DNA of 64,000 bases from Escherichia coli (GTDB lineage Bacteria > Pseudomonadota > Gammaproteobacteria > Enterobacterales > Enterobacteriaceae): NCBI RefSeq assembly GCF_002854065.1, contig NZ_CP024147.1; one strand, 5' to 3'. Position 1 is the stretch's first letter. Every line of letters starts with the position of its first letter. Below the pieces are notes generated by a model. That model saw only the letters and a program-made list of their open reading frames with translations. It had not been told where the DNA came from and ran no database searches. Positions 16,883 to 34,705 of the stretch are shown here, in pieces. The position numbers and the translations under genes were made by a program.

Positions 16883-16949
16883 GATATAAAAAAACCCGCC
16901 CCTGACAGGCGGGAAGAACGGCAACTAAAACTTTATTCAGTGGCATTTA

Positions 16950-17070
16950 GATCTATGTCGCATCCGGCATTCGGCACACGATGCCTGATGCGACGCTGGC
17001 GCGTCTTATCAGGCCTACATTGGTGCCGGATCGGTAGACCGGATAAGGCGTTCACGCCGCATCCGGCAAG
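16950..17070. repeat. REP/BIME palindromic element cluster
   Basis: gcctgatgcgacgctggcgcgtcttatcaggcctac and gtagaccggataaggcgttcacgccgcatccggca; the latter recurs near 44160. Confidence 0.6.
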
Positions 17071-17073
17071 TGG

Positions 17074-18246
<1,173 letters not shown>

Positions 18247-20436
18247 TTAAGCCGTTTTCAGGTCGCCAACCGGACGGGCTGGCTCAACCGGGGGATAGTA
18301 CGGTTCATTATGACGCGCTTTATTACGCAGACCTTCCGGCACTTCATACAGCGGGCCGAGGTGCTGATATTGCTGTGCCATATCGAGGTATTTCGCGCTG
18401 CCGAGGGTGTCCAGCCAGCGGAACGCGCCGCCGTGGAACGGAGGGAAGCCCAGGCCGTAGACCAGCGCCATATCCGCTTCTGCCGGAGTGGCGATAATGC
18501 CTTCTTCCAGACAACGCACCACTTCGTTGACCATCGGGATCATCATGCGGGCGATAATCTCTTCTTCGCTGAAATCGCGCTTCGGCTGGCTGACTTCTGC
18601 CAGCAGGTCGTCAACAGCGGCGTCTTCTTCTTTCTTCGGCTTACCTTTGCTGTCTTCTTTATAACGCCAGAAACCGAGGCCGTTCTTCTGACCAAAGCGG
18701 TTGGCATCAAACAGCGCGTCGATGGCATCGCGATAATCTTTCTGCATCCGCTGCGGGAAGCCCGCTGCCATGACTGCCTGAGCGTGATGCGCGGTGTCAA
18801 TGCCCACCACATCCAGCAGGTATGCCGGACCCATCGGCCAGCCAAACTGTTTTTCCATCACTTTGTCGATCTTGCGGAAATCCGCGCCGTCGCGCAGCAA
18901 CTGGCTGAAACCGGCGAAATACGGGAACAGCACGCGGTTGACGAAGAAGCCGGGGCAGTCGTTAACCACAATCGGCGTCTTGCCCATCTTGCTCGCCCAG
19001 GCGACGACTTTCGCGATGGTTTCGTCAGAGCTTTTCTCGCCGCGAATAATTTCCACCAACGGCATCCGGTGGACCGGGTTAAAGAAGTGCATTCCGCAGA
19101 AGTTTTCCGGACGCTCCAGCGCGTTGGCCAGTTCGCTGATAGGAATGGTTGAAGTGTTAGACGCCAGCACGGTATCCGGGCGTACTTTCTGCTCGGTTTC
19201 TGCCAGTACGGCTTTTTTCACTTTCGGGTTTTCGACAACCGCTTCTACCACAACATCCACGCGGTCAAACCCGGCGTAGTCGAGCGTTGGGTGGATTGTA
19301 GAGATCACGCCAGCCAGTTTCAGACCATCGATCTTGCCGCGCTCAAGCTGCTTGTTCAGCAGTTTCGCGGCTTCGGTCATGCCGAGGGTTAACGACTTGT
19401 CGTTGATATCTTTCATGACAACCGGCACGCCTTTCCACGCAGACTGGTAAGCGATGCCGCCGCCCATAATGCCTGCGCCCAGCACAGCGGCCTGTTTCGG
19501 GGTTTCAACGTCTTTGGTGAGTTTCTTCGCTTTGCCTTTTACATATTGATCGTTAAGGAATATGCCGACCAGTGCGCGAGCTTCGTTGGTATGCGCCAGC
19601 GGGACAAAACTTTTGTTTTCCAGGTTTAGAGCTTCTTCACGACCAAAACGGGCCGCAGCTTCAATGGTTTTTACTGCGGTGATGGGGGCCGGATAATGTT
19701 TCCCCGCCGTTTGTGCGACCATCCCTTTAGCGATGGTGAAGCTCATGGTAGCTTCAATCTTGCTCAGTTTTAGCGGTTCCAGCTTCGGCTGACGTTTCGC
19801 TTTCCAGTCGAGGTCGCCGTTAATGGCCTGGCGTAAAATCGCCATCGCCCCTTCAATCAGTTTTTCTGCTTTGACTACGCCATCCACCAGACCGATTTTC
19901 AGCGCCTGATCCGCGCCGACATCTTTACCGGCGGCAATGATTTCCAGCGCACTGTCAGCGCCCAGCATACGTGGCATACGTACAGAACCGCCAAAGCCCG
20001 GCATGATGCCCAGTTTGGTTTCCGGCAGACCGATGCGCAGATCCGGCGTCGCCAGACGGTAATCGGTCGCCAGCACGCATTCGCAGCCACCGCCCAGCGC
20101 ATAGCCATTGACGGCAGCAATGGTCGGCACCGGCAGATCTTCCAGGCGATTAAACACGCTATTGGCAAAGTGCAGCCACTGACTTAACTGTTCTTCAGGA
20201 ACGAGGAACAGGGACAAAAATTCGGTGATATCAGCACCGACGATAAAGGCTGCTTTGTTCGAACGCAGCAGCAGCCCTTTTAGATCTGATTGCTGTTCCA
20301 GCACGCCGATGGCCTCGCCGAGGCTGGCGACGGTCGCAGTGTCGAGTTTATTAACTGAACCTGGGGCATCAAATACCAGTTCGGCAATGCCATCTTCCAG
20401 CCAGTCAAGGTACAGGGTGTCGCCTTTGTAAAGCAT
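18247..20436 (-). CDS. fadB: Fatty-acid oxidation complex alpha subunit FadB
   Basis: ORF 18247..20562 trimmed to [26 protein letters not shown]; 729 aa. Confidence 0.95.
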   Translation of the reverse strand: MLYKGDTLYLDWLEDGIAELVFDAPGSVNKLDTATVASLGEAIGVLEQQSDLKGLLLRSNKAAFIVGADITEFLSLFLVPEEQLSQWLHFANSVFNRLEDLPVPTIAAVNGYALGGGCECVLATDYRLATPDLRIGLPETKLGIMPGFGGSVRMPRMLGADSALEIIAAGKDVGADQALKIGLVDGVVKAEKLIEGAMAILRQAINGDLDWKAKRQPKLEPLKLSKIEATMSFTIAKGMVAQTAGKHYPAPITAVKTIEAAARFGREEALNLENKSFVPLAHTNEARALVGIFLNDQYVKGKAKKLTKDVETPKQAAVLGAGIMGGGIAYQSAWKGVPVVMKDINDKSLTLGMTEAAKLLNKQLERGKIDGLKLAGVISTIHPTLDYAGFDRVDVVVEAVVENPKVKKAVLAETEQKVRPDTVLASNTSTIPISELANALERPENFCGMHFFNPVHRMPLVEIIRGEKSSDETIAKVVAWASKMGKTPIVVNDCPGFFVNRVLFPYFAGFSQLLRDGADFRKIDKVMEKQFGWPMGPAYLLDVVGIDTAHHAQAVMAAGFPQRMQKDYRDAIDALFDANRFGQKNGLGFWRYKEDSKGKPKKEEDAAVDDLLAEVSQPKRDFSEEEIIARMMIPMVNEVVRCLEEGIIATPAEADMALVYGLGFPPFHGGAFRWLDTLGSAKYLDMAQQYQHLGPLYEVPEGLRNKARHNEPYYPPVEPARPVGDLKTA

Positions 20437-20460
20437 GTCAGTCTCCTGAATCCGCAAGGT

Positions 20461-20478
20461 GATCTGGTCGTACCAGAT
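20461..20478. promoter_or_regulatory. FadR operator in the fadBA promoter
   Basis: Palindrome gatctggtcgtaccagat just upstream of the fadB start. Confidence 0.6.
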
Positions 20479-20625
20479 GAGTCGAAGTGTGTATTTTGTG
20501 TTAAAAATATGCAAATAAAAGATTAAAGAAATGCCGATCTGATCACGCTCGGCAGAAATCACGCTCTGGATGAACGATGTGCTAAGATGCGGAGACTTAA
20601 GGTCAAAAAAACAGAAGGGTAAAAA

Positions 20626-21957
20626 ATGGAATCACTGGCCTCGCTCTATAAAAATCATATAGCTACCTTACAAGAACGGACTCGCGATGCGCTGGCGCGC
20701 TTCAAGCTGGATGCGTTACTTATTCACTCCGGCGAGCTGTTCAATGTTTTTCTCGACGATCATCCCTATCCGTTTAAAGTGAACCCGCAATTCAAAGCGT
20801 GGGTGCCGGTAACTCAGGTGCCAAACTGCTGGTTGCTGGTGGATGGCGTGAACAAGCCGAAACTGTGGTTTTATCTGCCGGTTGATTACTGGCACAACGT
20901 CGAACCGCTGCCGACCTCCTTCTGGACTGAAGATGTGGAAGTGATCGCGCTGCCGAAAGCCGATGGCATTGGTAGCCTGCTGCCTGCTGCGCGCGGCAAT
21001 ATCGGTTATATCGGTCCGGTGCCGGAGCGTGCGCTGCAACTGGGTATTGAGGCCAGCAACATCAACCCGAAAGGGGTTATCGACTACCTGCATTACTATC
21101 GCTCCTTCAAAACCGAGTACGAACTGGCCTGTATGCGTGAAGCGCAGAAAATGGCGGTCAACGGTCATCGTGCGGCAGAAGAAGCGTTCCGTTCTGGCAT
21201 GAGCGAGTTCGATATCAACATTGCCTATCTGACCGCGACCGGTCATCGTGATACCGACGTACCTTACAGCAACATTGTGGCGCTTAACGAACACGCTGCG
21301 GTGCTGCATTACACCAAACTGGATCATCAGGCGCCGGAAGAGATGCGCAGCTTCCTGCTGGATGCCGGGGCCGAATATAACGGCTATGCCGCTGACCTGA
21401 CCCGTACCTGGTCGGCAAAAAGTGACAACGATTACGCACAGCTGGTGAAAGACGTAAATGATGAACAACTGGCGCTGATCGCGACCATGAAAGCTGGCGT
21501 TAGCTATGTGGATTACCACATCCAGTTCCATCAGCGCATCGCCAAATTGCTGCGTAAACATCAAATCATCACCGATATGAGTGAAGAAGCGATGGTCGAA
21601 AACGATCTCACCGGACCGTTTATGCCGCACGGTATCGGCCATCCGCTGGGCCTGCAGGTGCATGACGTCGCCGGTTTTATGCAGGATGATAGCGGTACGC
21701 ACCTCGCGGCACCGGCAAAATATCCGTACCTGCGCTGCACCCGTATTCTCCAGCCGGGCATGGTGTTAACCATCGAACCGGGTATCTACTTCATTGAATC
21801 GCTACTGGCACCGTGGCGTGAAGGGCAGTTCAGCAAGCACTTCAACTGGCAGAAAATTGAAGCACTGAAACCGTTCGGCGGCATTCGTATCGAAGACAAC
21901 GTGGTGATCCACGAAAACAACGTGGAAAACATGACCCGGGATCTGAAACTGGCGTGA
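20626..21957 (+). CDS. pepQ: Xaa-Pro dipeptidase PepQ
   Basis: 443-aa M24-family ORF divergent from fadB. Confidence 0.92.
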
Positions 21958-22571
21958 TGGAAAGCTGGTTAATTCCTGCGGCACCGGTCACCGTCGTTGA
22001 AGAGATCAAAAAAAGCCGCTTCATTACGCTGTTGGCGCATACCGATGGCGTTGAGGCGGCGAAAGCGTTTGTTGAATCGGTGCGGGCAGAACATCCCGAT
22101 GCCCGCCACCATTGTGTGGCGTGGGTGGCGGGTGCGCCGGATGATTCACAACAGTTGGGTTTCTCTGACGACGGGGAACCGGCGGGAACGGCAGGTAAAC
22201 CGATGCTCGCCCAACTGATGGGCAGCGGCGTCGGGGAAATTACCGCCGTGGTGGTGCGCTACTACGGCGGCATATTGCTTGGCACCGGTGGGTTAGTGAA
22301 AGCGTATGGCGGCGGCGTGAATCAGGCGCTGCGCCAGCTAACGACCCAACGCAAGACGCCATTAACCGAATATACTTTGCAATGTGAATATAGTCAGTTA
22401 ACCGGCATTGAAGCGTTGCTGGGGCAGTGTGACGGCAAAATTATCAACAGTGATTATCAGGCATTCGTTCTGCTGCGGGTGGCGCTTCCGGCGGCGAAAG
22501 TGGCTGAATTTTCCGCAAAGCTGGCGGATTTTAGCCGTGGTTCATTGCAATTGTTAGCGATTGAAGAATAA
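21954..22571 (+). CDS. yigZ: IMPACT-family protein YigZ
   Basis: 205-aa ORF overlapping the pepQ stop. Confidence 0.85.
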
Positions 22572-22609
22572 TCCCCACTTCGTTTTGCAGAACTAAGGAA
22601 GCGGCAGAG

Positions 22610-24061
22610 ATGCATTTTCGCGCCATTACCCGAATCGTTGGACTACTGGTCATCTTATTTTCAGGGACCATGATTATCCCTGGGCTGGTAGCACTCATCT
22701 ACCGGGATGGAGCGGGCCGCGCTTTTACCCAGACCTTTTTTGTCGCCCTCGCCATTGGCTCTATGCTGTGGTGGCCGAACCGCAAAGAGAAGGGCGAACT
22801 GAAATCCCGTGAGGGGTTTCTGATAGTGGTGCTGTTCTGGACCGTGCTGGGTAGTGTCGGTGCGCTCCCTTTTATCTTCTCGGAAAGCCCGAACCTCACG
22901 ATTACCGATGCGTTTTTTGAATCTTTCTCTGGCCTGACCACCACCGGGGCCACTACGCTGGTGGGGCTGGATTCGCTCCCTCATGCCATCCTCTTTTATC
23001 GCCAGATGCTGCAATGGTTTGGCGGGATGGGGATCATCGTGTTAGCGGTTGCGATACTGCCTATCCTCGGCGTGGGTGGGATGCAGCTCTATCGCGCAGA
23101 AATGCCCGGCCCGCTGAAAGATAACAAAATGCGCCCGCGAATTGCGGAAACGGCGAAAACCCTGTGGTTGATTTATGTCTTGCTGACCGTCGCCTGTGCG
23201 CTGGCGTTGTGGTTTGCCGGAATGGATGCCTTTGATGCCATCGGCCATAGCTTTGCGACTATCGCTATTGGCGGCTTCTCGACACATGATGCCAGTATCG
23301 GTTATTTCGACAGCCCGACTATTAACACTATCATTGCTATCTTCCTGCTGATCTCCGGCTGTAACTATGGTCTGCACTTTTCACTGTTAAGTGGGCGTAG
23401 TCTGAAGGTTTATTGGCGCGATCCGGAATTTCGCATGTTTATCGGCGTACAGTTTACGCTGGTGGTTATTTGTACCCTCGTACTGTGGTTTCATAATGTC
23501 TACAGTTCGGCGCTGATGACAATTAACCAGGCGTTTTTCCAGGTGGTATCGATGGCGACAACCGCCGGGTTTACGACAGACAGCATTGCCCGCTGGCCGC
23601 TCTTTTTGCCGGTACTGCTTTTATGTTCAGCTTTTATCGGCGGTTGTGCCGGGTCAACGGGCGGTGGCCTGAAAGTGATCCGCATCCTGCTGCTGTTTAA
23701 GCAGGGGAACCGTGAGCTGAAACGACTGGTGCATCCGAACGCCGTCTATAGCATTAAGCTGGGGAATCGCGCACTGCCGGAACGTATCCTCGAAGCCGTC
23801 TGGGGATTTTTCTCCGCCTATGCATTGGTGTTTATTGTCAGTATGCTGGCGATTATCGCCACGGGCGTGGATGACTTTTCTGCCTTTGCCTCGGTTGTTG
23901 CGACATTGAATAACCTGGGGCCAGGGCTTGGCGTGGTTGCTGATAACTTTACCAGCATGAACCCGGTGGCTAAATGGATCCTGATTGCCAACATGCTGTT
24001 TGGCCGCCTCGAGGTCTTTACATTGCTGGTGCTCTTTACCCCGACTTTCTGGCGTGAATGA
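22610..24061 (+). CDS. trkH: Potassium uptake protein TrkH
   Basis: 483-aa polytopic membrane ORF. Confidence 0.9.
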   Translation: MHFRAITRIVGLLVILFSGTMIIPGLVALIYRDGAGRAFTQTFFVALAIGSMLWWPNRKEKGELKSREGFLIVVLFWTVLGSVGALPFIFSESPNLTITDAFFESFSGLTTTGATTLVGLDSLPHAILFYRQMLQWFGGMGIIVLAVAILPILGVGGMQLYRAEMPGPLKDNKMRPRIAETAKTLWLIYVLLTVACALALWFAGMDAFDAIGHSFATIAIGGFSTHDASIGYFDSPTINTIIAIFLLISGCNYGLHFSLLSGRSLKVYWRDPEFRMFIGVQFTLVVICTLVLWFHNVYSSALMTINQAFFQVVSMATTAGFTTDSIARWPLFLPVLLLCSAFIGGCAGSTGGGLKVIRILLLFKQGNRELKRLVHPNAVYSIKLGNRALPERILEAVWGFFSAYALVFIVSMLAIIATGVDDFSAFASVVATLNNLGPGLGVVADNFTSMNPVAKWILIANMLFGRLEVFTLLVLFTPTFWRE

Positions 24062-24072
24062 TGGAGTAATAC

Positions 24073-24618
24073 GTGAAAACATTAATTCTTTTCTCAACAA
24101 GGGACGGACAAACGCGCGAGATTGCCTCCTACCTGGCTTCGGAACTGAAAGAACTGGGGATCCAGGCGGATGTCGCCAATGTGCACCGCATTGAAGAACC
24201 ACAGTGGGAAAACTACGACCGTGTGGTCATTGGTGCTTCTATTCGCTATGGTCACTACCACTCTGCGTTCCAGGAATTTGTCAAAAAACATGCGACGCGA
24301 CTGAATTCGATGCCGAGCGCCTTTTATTCCGTAAACCTGGTGGCGCGCAAACCGGAGAAGCGTACTCCACAGACCAACAGCTACGCGCGGAAGTTTCTGA
24401 TGAACTCGCAATGGCGTCCCGATCGCTGCGCGGTCATTGCCGGGGCGCTGCGTTACCCACGTTATCGCTGGTACGACCGTTTTATGATCAAGCTGATTAT
24501 GAAGATGTCAGGCGGTGAAACGGATACGCGCAAAGAAGTTGTCTATACCGATTGGGAGCAGGTGGCGAATTTCGCCCGAGAAATCGCCCATTTAACCGAC
24601 AAACCGACGCTGAAATAA
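24073..24618 (+). CDS. hemG: Protoporphyrinogen oxidase HemG (flavodoxin-like)
   Basis: 181-aa ORF with GTG start ([22 protein letters not shown]). Confidence 0.9.
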   Translation: MKTLILFSTRDGQTREIASYLASELKELGIQADVANVHRIEEPQWENYDRVVIGASIRYGHYHSAFQEFVKKHATRLNSMPSAFYSVNLVARKPEKRTPQTNSYARKFLMNSQWRPDRCAVIAGALRYPRYRWYDRFMIKLIMKMSGGETDTRKEVVYTDWEQVANFAREIAHLTDKPTLK

Positions 24619-24667
24619 GCATAAAGAATAAAAAATGCGCGGTCGGAAAATTATTTTAAATTTCCTC

Positions 24668-24814
24668 TTGTCAGGCCGGAATAACTCCCTATAATGCGCC
24701 ACCACTGACACGGAACAACGGCAAACACGCCGCCGGGTCAGCGGGGTTCTCCTGAGAATTCCGGCAGAGAAAGCAAAAATAAATGCTTGACTCTGTAGCG
24801 GGAAAGCGTATTAT
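24668..24814 (+). promoter_or_regulatory. rrnA tandem promoters P1 and P2
   Basis: P1 -35 ttgtca (24668..24673) and -10 tataat (24690..24695); P2 -35 ttgact (24787..24792) and -10 tattat (24809..24814); both 16-bp spacers; AT-rich UP region upstream. Confidence 0.8.
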
Positions 24815-24851
24815 GCACACCCCGCGCCGCTGAGAAAAAGCGAAGCGGCAC

Positions 24852-24864
24852 TGCTCTTTAACAA
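24852..24864 (+). promoter_or_regulatory. rrn leader boxA antitermination element
   Basis: tgctctttaacaa in the 16S leader. Confidence 0.8.
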
Positions 24865-24995
24865 TTTATCAGACAATCTGTGTGGGCACTCGAAGATACG
24901 GATTCTTAACGTCGCAAGACGAAAAATGAATACCAAGTCTCAAGAGTGAACACGTAATTCATTACGAAGTTTAATTCTTTGAGCATCAAACTTTT

Positions 24996-26537
<1,542 letters not shown>

Positions 26538-26605
26538 CCTTAAAGAAGCGTTCTTTGTAGTGCTCACACAGATTGTCTGATGAAAATGAGCAGTAAAACC
26601 TCTAC

Positions 26606-26682
<77 letters not shown>

Positions 26683-26724
26683 AATTTGCACGGCAAATTT
26701 GAAGAGGTTTTAACTACATGTTAT

Positions 26725-26800
26725 GGGGCTATAGCTCAGCTGGGAGAGCGCCTGCTTTGCACGCAGGAGGTCTGCGGTTCGATCCCGCATAGCTCCACCA
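26725..26800 (+). tRNA. alaT: tRNA-Ala (TGC), rrn spacer
   Basis: ggggctatagctcagctgggagagcgcctgctttgcacgcaggag...cca. Confidence 0.95.
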
Positions 26801-26983
26801 TCTCTGTAGTGATTAAATAAAAAATACTTCAGAGTGTACCTGCAAAGGTTCACTGCGAAGTTTTGCTCTTTAAAAATCTGGATCAAGCTGAAAATTGAAA
26901 CACTGAACAACGAGAGTTGTTCGTGAGTCTCTCAAATTTTCGCAACACGATGATGAGTCGCAAGAAACATCTTCGGGTTGTGA

Positions 26984-29886
<2,903 letters not shown>

Positions 29887-29978
29887 ACAACGCCGAAGCT
29901 GTTTTGGCGGATGAGAGAAGATTTTCAGCCTGATACAGATTAAATCAGAACGCAGAAGCGGTCTGATAAAACAGAATT

Positions 29979-30098
29979 TGCCTGGCGGCCTTAGCGCGGT
30001 GGTCCCACCTGACCCCATGCCGAACTCAGAAGTGAAACGCCGTAGCGCCGATGGTAGTGTGGGGTCTCCCCATGCGAGAGTAGGGAACTGCCAGGCAT
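29979..30098 (+). rRNA. rrfA: 5S ribosomal RNA
   Basis: tgcctggcggccttagcgcggtgg...gggaactgccaggcat; 120 nt. Confidence 0.95.
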
Positions 30099-30108
30099 CA
30101 AATTAAGC

Positions 30109-30137
30109 GAAAGGCCATCCGTCAGGATGGCCTTTTT
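30109..30137 (+). terminator. rrnA rho-independent terminator
   Basis: Hairpin aaaggccatccgtcaggatggcc followed by ttttt. Confidence 0.7.
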
Positions 30138-30199
30138 GCGTTGGTGCAGAAAAAAATGCCGGATGTGACGCTGGCGCGTCTTATCCAGCCTACTCTTGC

Positions 30200-30727
30200 T
30201 TATCCGTTCTGCTTTTGCATCCACTCCACCACAAAATCAGCCAGCCCCTCAACATCATTAATATCCAGTAATGCGACATCAAGATTAAGCGGCACATCAC
30301 TGGCTACAGCAATAACATGCCTGTCTATCACTAATTCTTCAGGTCGATGTCCGGCTCCATCGCGAAACAGCACAATCTTTGCGATCTCTTCATGCTTAAA
30401 CCCTTCGACCAGAATCAAATCCAGCTTTGAGGTATCCATTCGACTTGCGAGAAACTGTAGATCCAGCTCTTCTTCGTCTGGTGTTTCCGTCATCAAGGCC
30501 CATCGTTGCTGGCTGGCAACGATGGTTTGTGCCGCGCCAGCCTTGCGCAGCTCATAGCTATCTTTGCCTGGCTTATCAACATCCATATCATGGTGCGTAT
30601 GCTTAATCAGCCCTGGACGGATCCCTCTGGCGCATAATGCCGGGATCAGTTTTTTCAAAAGCGTAGTTTTTCCGGTACCACTCCACGCGGCAAAGGCGAG
30701 TAACGGTATCATCGTTTTTCCTGCCAT
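30200..30727 (-). CDS. mobB: Molybdopterin-guanine dinucleotide biosynthesis adaptor MobB
   Basis: 175-aa ORF with P-loop GTGKTT. Confidence 0.85.
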   Translation of the reverse strand: MAGKTMIPLLAFAAWSGTGKTTLLKKLIPALCARGIRPGLIKHTHHDMDVDKPGKDSYELRKAGAAQTIVASQQRWALMTETPDEEELDLQFLASRMDTSKLDLILVEGFKHEEIAKIVLFRDGAGHRPEELVIDRHVIAVASDVPLNLDVALLDINDVEGLADFVVEWMQKQNG

Positions 30728-31293
30728 CGGGCAAGCTCCTCTGGCGTATTCACGTTAACAAATGCATCTTTATGATCGCTGAAATCAACCGCATGCCCGC
30801 CAGCCAGACGCATAAATGCCATTACCCGGCGTTCTCCTGCTTGCAGATATTCCAGCAATAAAGGCTCAATAGCGCGGTTTACCAGAGCAATAGTCGGGTG
30901 ATCGCGTTCACCGTCATGGACCCACACGACAGGCGCATCTTTGCGCTGATGATTAAGCCGGGTGGCTAAATCATGGGGAATGTAAGGCGTATCGCACGGA
31001 CAAAACAAAAACCACTCACCAGCTTCCTGCTGCATTACTGAAAGCATCCCTGCCAGAGGGCCTGGGTAATCCGCCAGTGAATCTTCAATCACTTTCAGAC
31101 CGCCTGCCTGATAGATTTCCTGATGACGATTAGCATTAACCACGACGTGAGAGAGCTGCGTCATAAGCGCGTCAGCGACATGTTGCCACAGCGGTTTGCC
31201 ATTTAAGTCCAGCAATCCTTTATCTACGCCGCCCATTCGTCTGGCTTTACCGCCTGCCAGCACAACGCCTGTTATCGTCGTCATCAGATTCAC
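30709..31293 (-). CDS. mobA: Molybdenum cofactor guanylyltransferase MobA
   Basis: 194-aa ORF ([11 protein letters not shown]) overlapping the mobB start. Confidence 0.9.
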
Positions 31294-31362
31294 CGATATC
31301 GCCTCTTTTATTGTGGGATTGACCCTGCTAACGTGTCTGTCTCAAGAGTAAGGAGCATTACT

Positions 31363-31632
31363 ATGAAATGTAAACGTCTGAATGAAGTTATTGAACTCCT
31401 CCAGCCAGCCTGGCAAAAAGAGCCAGACCTTAACCTGTTGCAATTTTTGCAGAAACTGGCGAAAGAGTCAGGTTTTGACGGCGAACTGGCGGATTTGACG
31501 GATGACATTCTGATCTATCACCTGAAAATGCGTGATTCCGCGAAAGATGCGGTGATCCCGGGTTTGCAGAAAGATTATGAGGAAGACTTCAAAACGGCGC
31601 TGTTACGCGCTCGCGGCGTAATTAAAGAGTAA
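31363..31632 (+). CDS. yihD: Small conserved protein YihD
   Basis: ORF trimmed to [14 protein letters not shown] with SD aaggag; 89 aa. Confidence 0.8.
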
Positions 31633-31708
31633 AAGCTTGTAAGCGGCGCCACCAAAATCATCGTGAAATGATATCCTTCATCATTCGTAATGTTTTCCGG
31701 ATGATGGG

Positions 31709-32695
31709 ATGAACAACAGCGCTTTTACTTTCCAGACACTACACCCGGATACCATCATGGACGCTCTGTTTGAGCAAGGGATCCGGGTGGATTCCGGTCT
31801 TACCCCGCTTAACAGCTATGAAAACCGTGTCTATCAATTTCAGGACGAAGATCGTCGACGTTTTGTCGTCAAATTTTATCGCCCTGAACGTTGGACAGCC
31901 GATCAAATCCTCGAAGAACATCAATTTGCGTTGCAGCTGGTAAATGATGAAGTTCCGGTCGCAGCACCTGTGGCTTTTAACGGTCAGACTTTATTGAATC
32001 ATCAGGGATTTTATTTCGCTGTTTTTCCAAGCGTCGGTGGTCGCCAGTTCGAAGCTGATAATATCGATCAGATGGAAGCGGTTGGGCGTTATTTAGGGCG
32101 TATGCACCAGACGGGGCGCAAACAGCTTTTTATCCATCGCCCGACCATCGGTCTGAATGAATATCTCATTGAGCCACGCAAGCTGTTTGAGGACGCTACA
32201 CTGATACCTTCCGGGTTGAAAGCGGCATTCCTGAAAGCGACAGATGAGCTGATCGCCGCCGTTACAGCACACTGGCGGGAAGATTTCACCGTTCTGCGGC
32301 TACATGGAGACTGCCACGCCGGGAATATTCTCTGGCGCGATGGTCCAATGTTTGTTGATCTGGATGATGCACGTAATGGTCCAGCTATTCAGGATTTGTG
32401 GATGTTGCTCAATGGCGATAAAGCCGAGCAGCGGATGCAACTGGAAACTATTATTGAAGCTTATGAAGAATTTAGCGAGTTCGACACCGCTGAAATCGGA
32501 CTGATTGAACCTTTACGCGCCATGCGTTTGGTTTATTATCTTGCCTGGCTAATGCGGCGTTGGGCTGATCCCGCGTTCCCGAAAAATTTCCCGTGGTTAA
32601 CCGGGGAAGATTACTGGCTACGACAGACGGCGACTTTTATAGAACAGGCAAAAGTTCTACAAGAACCCCCTTTGCAATTAACACCTATGTATTAA
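31709..32695 (+). CDS. srkA: Stress-response Ser/Thr kinase SrkA (RdoA/YihE)
   Basis: 328-aa ORF with kinase-like HGDCHAGNILW motif, immediately upstream of dsbA. Confidence 0.85.
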   Translation: MNNSAFTFQTLHPDTIMDALFEQGIRVDSGLTPLNSYENRVYQFQDEDRRRFVVKFYRPERWTADQILEEHQFALQLVNDEVPVAAPVAFNGQTLLNHQGFYFAVFPSVGGRQFEADNIDQMEAVGRYLGRMHQTGRKQLFIHRPTIGLNEYLIEPRKLFEDATLIPSGLKAAFLKATDELIAAVTAHWREDFTVLRLHGDCHAGNILWRDGPMFVDLDDARNGPAIQDLWMLLNGDKAEQRMQLETIIEAYEEFSEFDTAEIGLIEPLRAMRLVYYLAWLMRRWADPAFPKNFPWLTGEDYWLRQTATFIEQAKVLQEPPLQLTPMY

Positions 32696-32711
32696 TCGGA
32701 GAGAGTAGATC

Positions 32712-33338
32712 ATGAAAAAGATTTGGCTGGCGCTGGCTGGTTTAGTTTTAGCGTTTAGCGCATCGGCGGCGCAGTATGAAGATGGTAAACAGTACACTAC
32801 CCTGGAAAAACCGGTAGCTGGCGCGCCGCAAGTGCTGGAGTTTTTCTCTTTCTTCTGCCCGCACTGCTATCAGTTTGAAGAAGTTCTGCATATTTCTGAT
32901 AATGTGAAGAAAAAACTGCCGGAAGGCGTGAAGATGACTAAATACCACGTCAACTTCATGGGTGGTGACCTGGGCAAAGATCTGACTCAGGCATGGGCTG
33001 TGGCGATGGCGCTGGGCGTGGAAGACAAAGTGACTGTTCCGCTGTTTGAAGGCGTACAGAAAACCCAGACCATTCGTTCTGCTTCTGATATCCGCGATGT
33101 ATTTATCAACGCAGGTATTAAAGGTGAAGAGTACGACGCGGCGTGGAACAGCTTCGTGGTGAAATCTCTGGTCGCTCAGCAGGAAAAAGCTGCAGCTGAC
33201 GTGCAATTGCGTGGTGTTCCGGCGATGTTTGTTAACGGTAAATATCAGCTGAATCCGCAGGGTATGGATACCAGCAATATGGATGTTTTTGTTCAGCAGT
33301 ATGCTGATACAGTGAAATATCTGTCCGAGAAAAAATAA
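32712..33338 (+). CDS. dsbA: Periplasmic thiol:disulfide oxidoreductase DsbA
   Basis: 208-aa ORF with signal peptide and CPHC active site ([13 protein letters not shown]). Confidence 0.95.
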
Positions 33339-33356
33339 TTCAATGTAAATTACATA

Positions 33357-33386
33357 AAGCCCGTGAATATTCACGGGCTTTTTTTA
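33357..33386 (+). terminator. dsbA rho-independent terminator
   Basis: Hairpin aaagcccgtgaatattcacgggcttt followed by T-run. Confidence 0.65.
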
Positions 33387-33451
33387 TTATTTAATAGGTG
33401 ATGCTGCCAACTTACTGATTTAGTGTATGATGGTGTTTTTGAGGTGCTCCA

Positions 33452-33727
33452 GTGGCTTCTGTTTCTATCAGCTGTCCCTCCTGTTCAGCTACTGACGGGG
33501 TGGTGCGTAACGGCAAAAGCACTGCCGGACATCAGCGCTATCTCTGCTCTCACTGCCGTAAAACATGGCAACTGCAGTTCACTTACACCGCTTCTCAACC
33601 CGGTACGCACCAGAAAATCATTGATATGGCCATGAATGGCGTTGGATGCCGGGCAACCGCCCGCATTATGGGCGTTGGCCTCAACACGATTTTCCGCCAT
33701 TTAAAAAACTCAGGCCGCAGTCGGTAA
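33452..33727 (+). CDS. insA: IS1 InsA
   Basis: 91-aa [43 protein letters not shown]. Confidence 0.9.
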   Translation: MASVSISCPSCSATDGVVRNGKSTAGHQRYLCSHCRKTWQLQFTYTASQPGTHQKIIDMAMNGVGCRATARIMGVGLNTIFRHLKNSGRSR

Positions 33728-34149
33728 CCTCGCGCATACAGCCGGGCAGTGACGTCATCGTCTGCGCGGAAATGGACGAACAGTGGGGATACGTCGGGGC
33801 TAAATCGCGCCAGCGCTGGCTGTTTTACGCGTATGACAGGCTCCGGAAGACGGTTGTTGCGCACGTATTCGGTGAACGCACTATGGCGACGCTGGGGCGT
33901 CTTATGAGCCTGCTGTCACCCTTTGACGTGGTGATATGGATGACGGATGGCTGGCCGCTGTATGAATCCCGCCTGAAGGGAAAGCTGCACGTAATCAGCA
34001 AGCGATATACGCAGCGAATTGAGCGGCATAACCTGAATCTGAGGCAGCACCTGGCACGGCTGGGACGGAAGTCGCTGTCGTTCTCAAAATCGGTGGAGCT
34101 GCATGACAAAGTCATCGGGCATTATCTGAACATAAAACACTATCAATAA
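33646..34149 (+). CDS. insB: IS1 InsB reading frame (transposase made as InsAB' by -1 frameshift)
   Basis: 167-aa ORF overlapping the insA 3' end; ttaaaaaactc slippery motif in the overlap. Confidence 0.85.
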   Translation: MPGNRPHYGRWPQHDFPPFKKLRPQSVTSRIQPGSDVIVCAEMDEQWGYVGAKSRQRWLFYAYDRLRKTVVAHVFGERTMATLGRLMSLLSPFDVVIWMTDGWPLYESRLKGKLHVISKRYTQRIERHNLNLRQHLARLGRKSLSFSKSVELHDKVIGHYLNIKHYQ

Positions 34150-34164
34150 GTTGGAGTCATTACC

Positions 34165-34665
34165 GAGTTTTTCTCTTTCTTCTGCCCACACTGCTATCAG
34201 TTTGAAGAAGTTCTGCATATTTCTGATAATGTGAAGAAAAAACTGCCGGAAGGCGTGAAGATGACTAAATACCACGTCAACTTCATGGGTGGTGACCTGG
34301 GCAAAGATCTGACTCAGGCATGGGCTGTGGCGATGGCGCTGGGCGTGGAAGACAAAGTGACTGTTCCGCTGTTTGAAGGCGTACAGAAAACCCAGACCAT
34401 TCGTTCTGCTTCTGATATCCGCGATGTATTTATCAACGCAGGTATTAAAGGTGAAGAGTACGACGCGGCGTGGAACAGCTTCGTGGTGAAATCTCTGGTC
34501 GCTCAGCAGGAAAAAGCTGCAGCTGACGTGCAATTGCGTGGTGTTCCGGCGATGTTTGTTAACGGTAAATATCAGCTGAATCCGCAGGGTATGGATACCA
34601 GCAATATGGATGTTTTTGTTCAGCAGTATGCTGATACAGTGAAATATCTGTCCGAGAAAAAATAA
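34165..34665 (+). pseudogene. Duplicated dsbA 3' fragment (from codon E43, no start codon or signal peptide)
   Basis: 34165..34723 repeats dsbA 32838..33396; translation identical to DsbA residues 43 onward; one synonymous change ccg to cca in the CPHC proline codon. Confidence 0.8.
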
Positions 34666-34675
34666 TTCAATGTAA

Positions 34676-34705
34676 ATTACATAAAGCCCGTGAATATTCA
34701 CGGGC
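34676..34705 (+). terminator. Second copy of the dsbA terminator
   Basis: Same hairpin as 33357..33386, within the 559-bp repeat. Confidence 0.6.

Larger units (their letters stand above)
33397..34164 (+). mobile_element. IS1 copy 1 (768 bp, complete)
   Basis: Left end ggtgatgctgccaacttactgat, right end gttggagtcattacc; encodes insA and insB; no 9-bp target-site duplication. Confidence 0.95.
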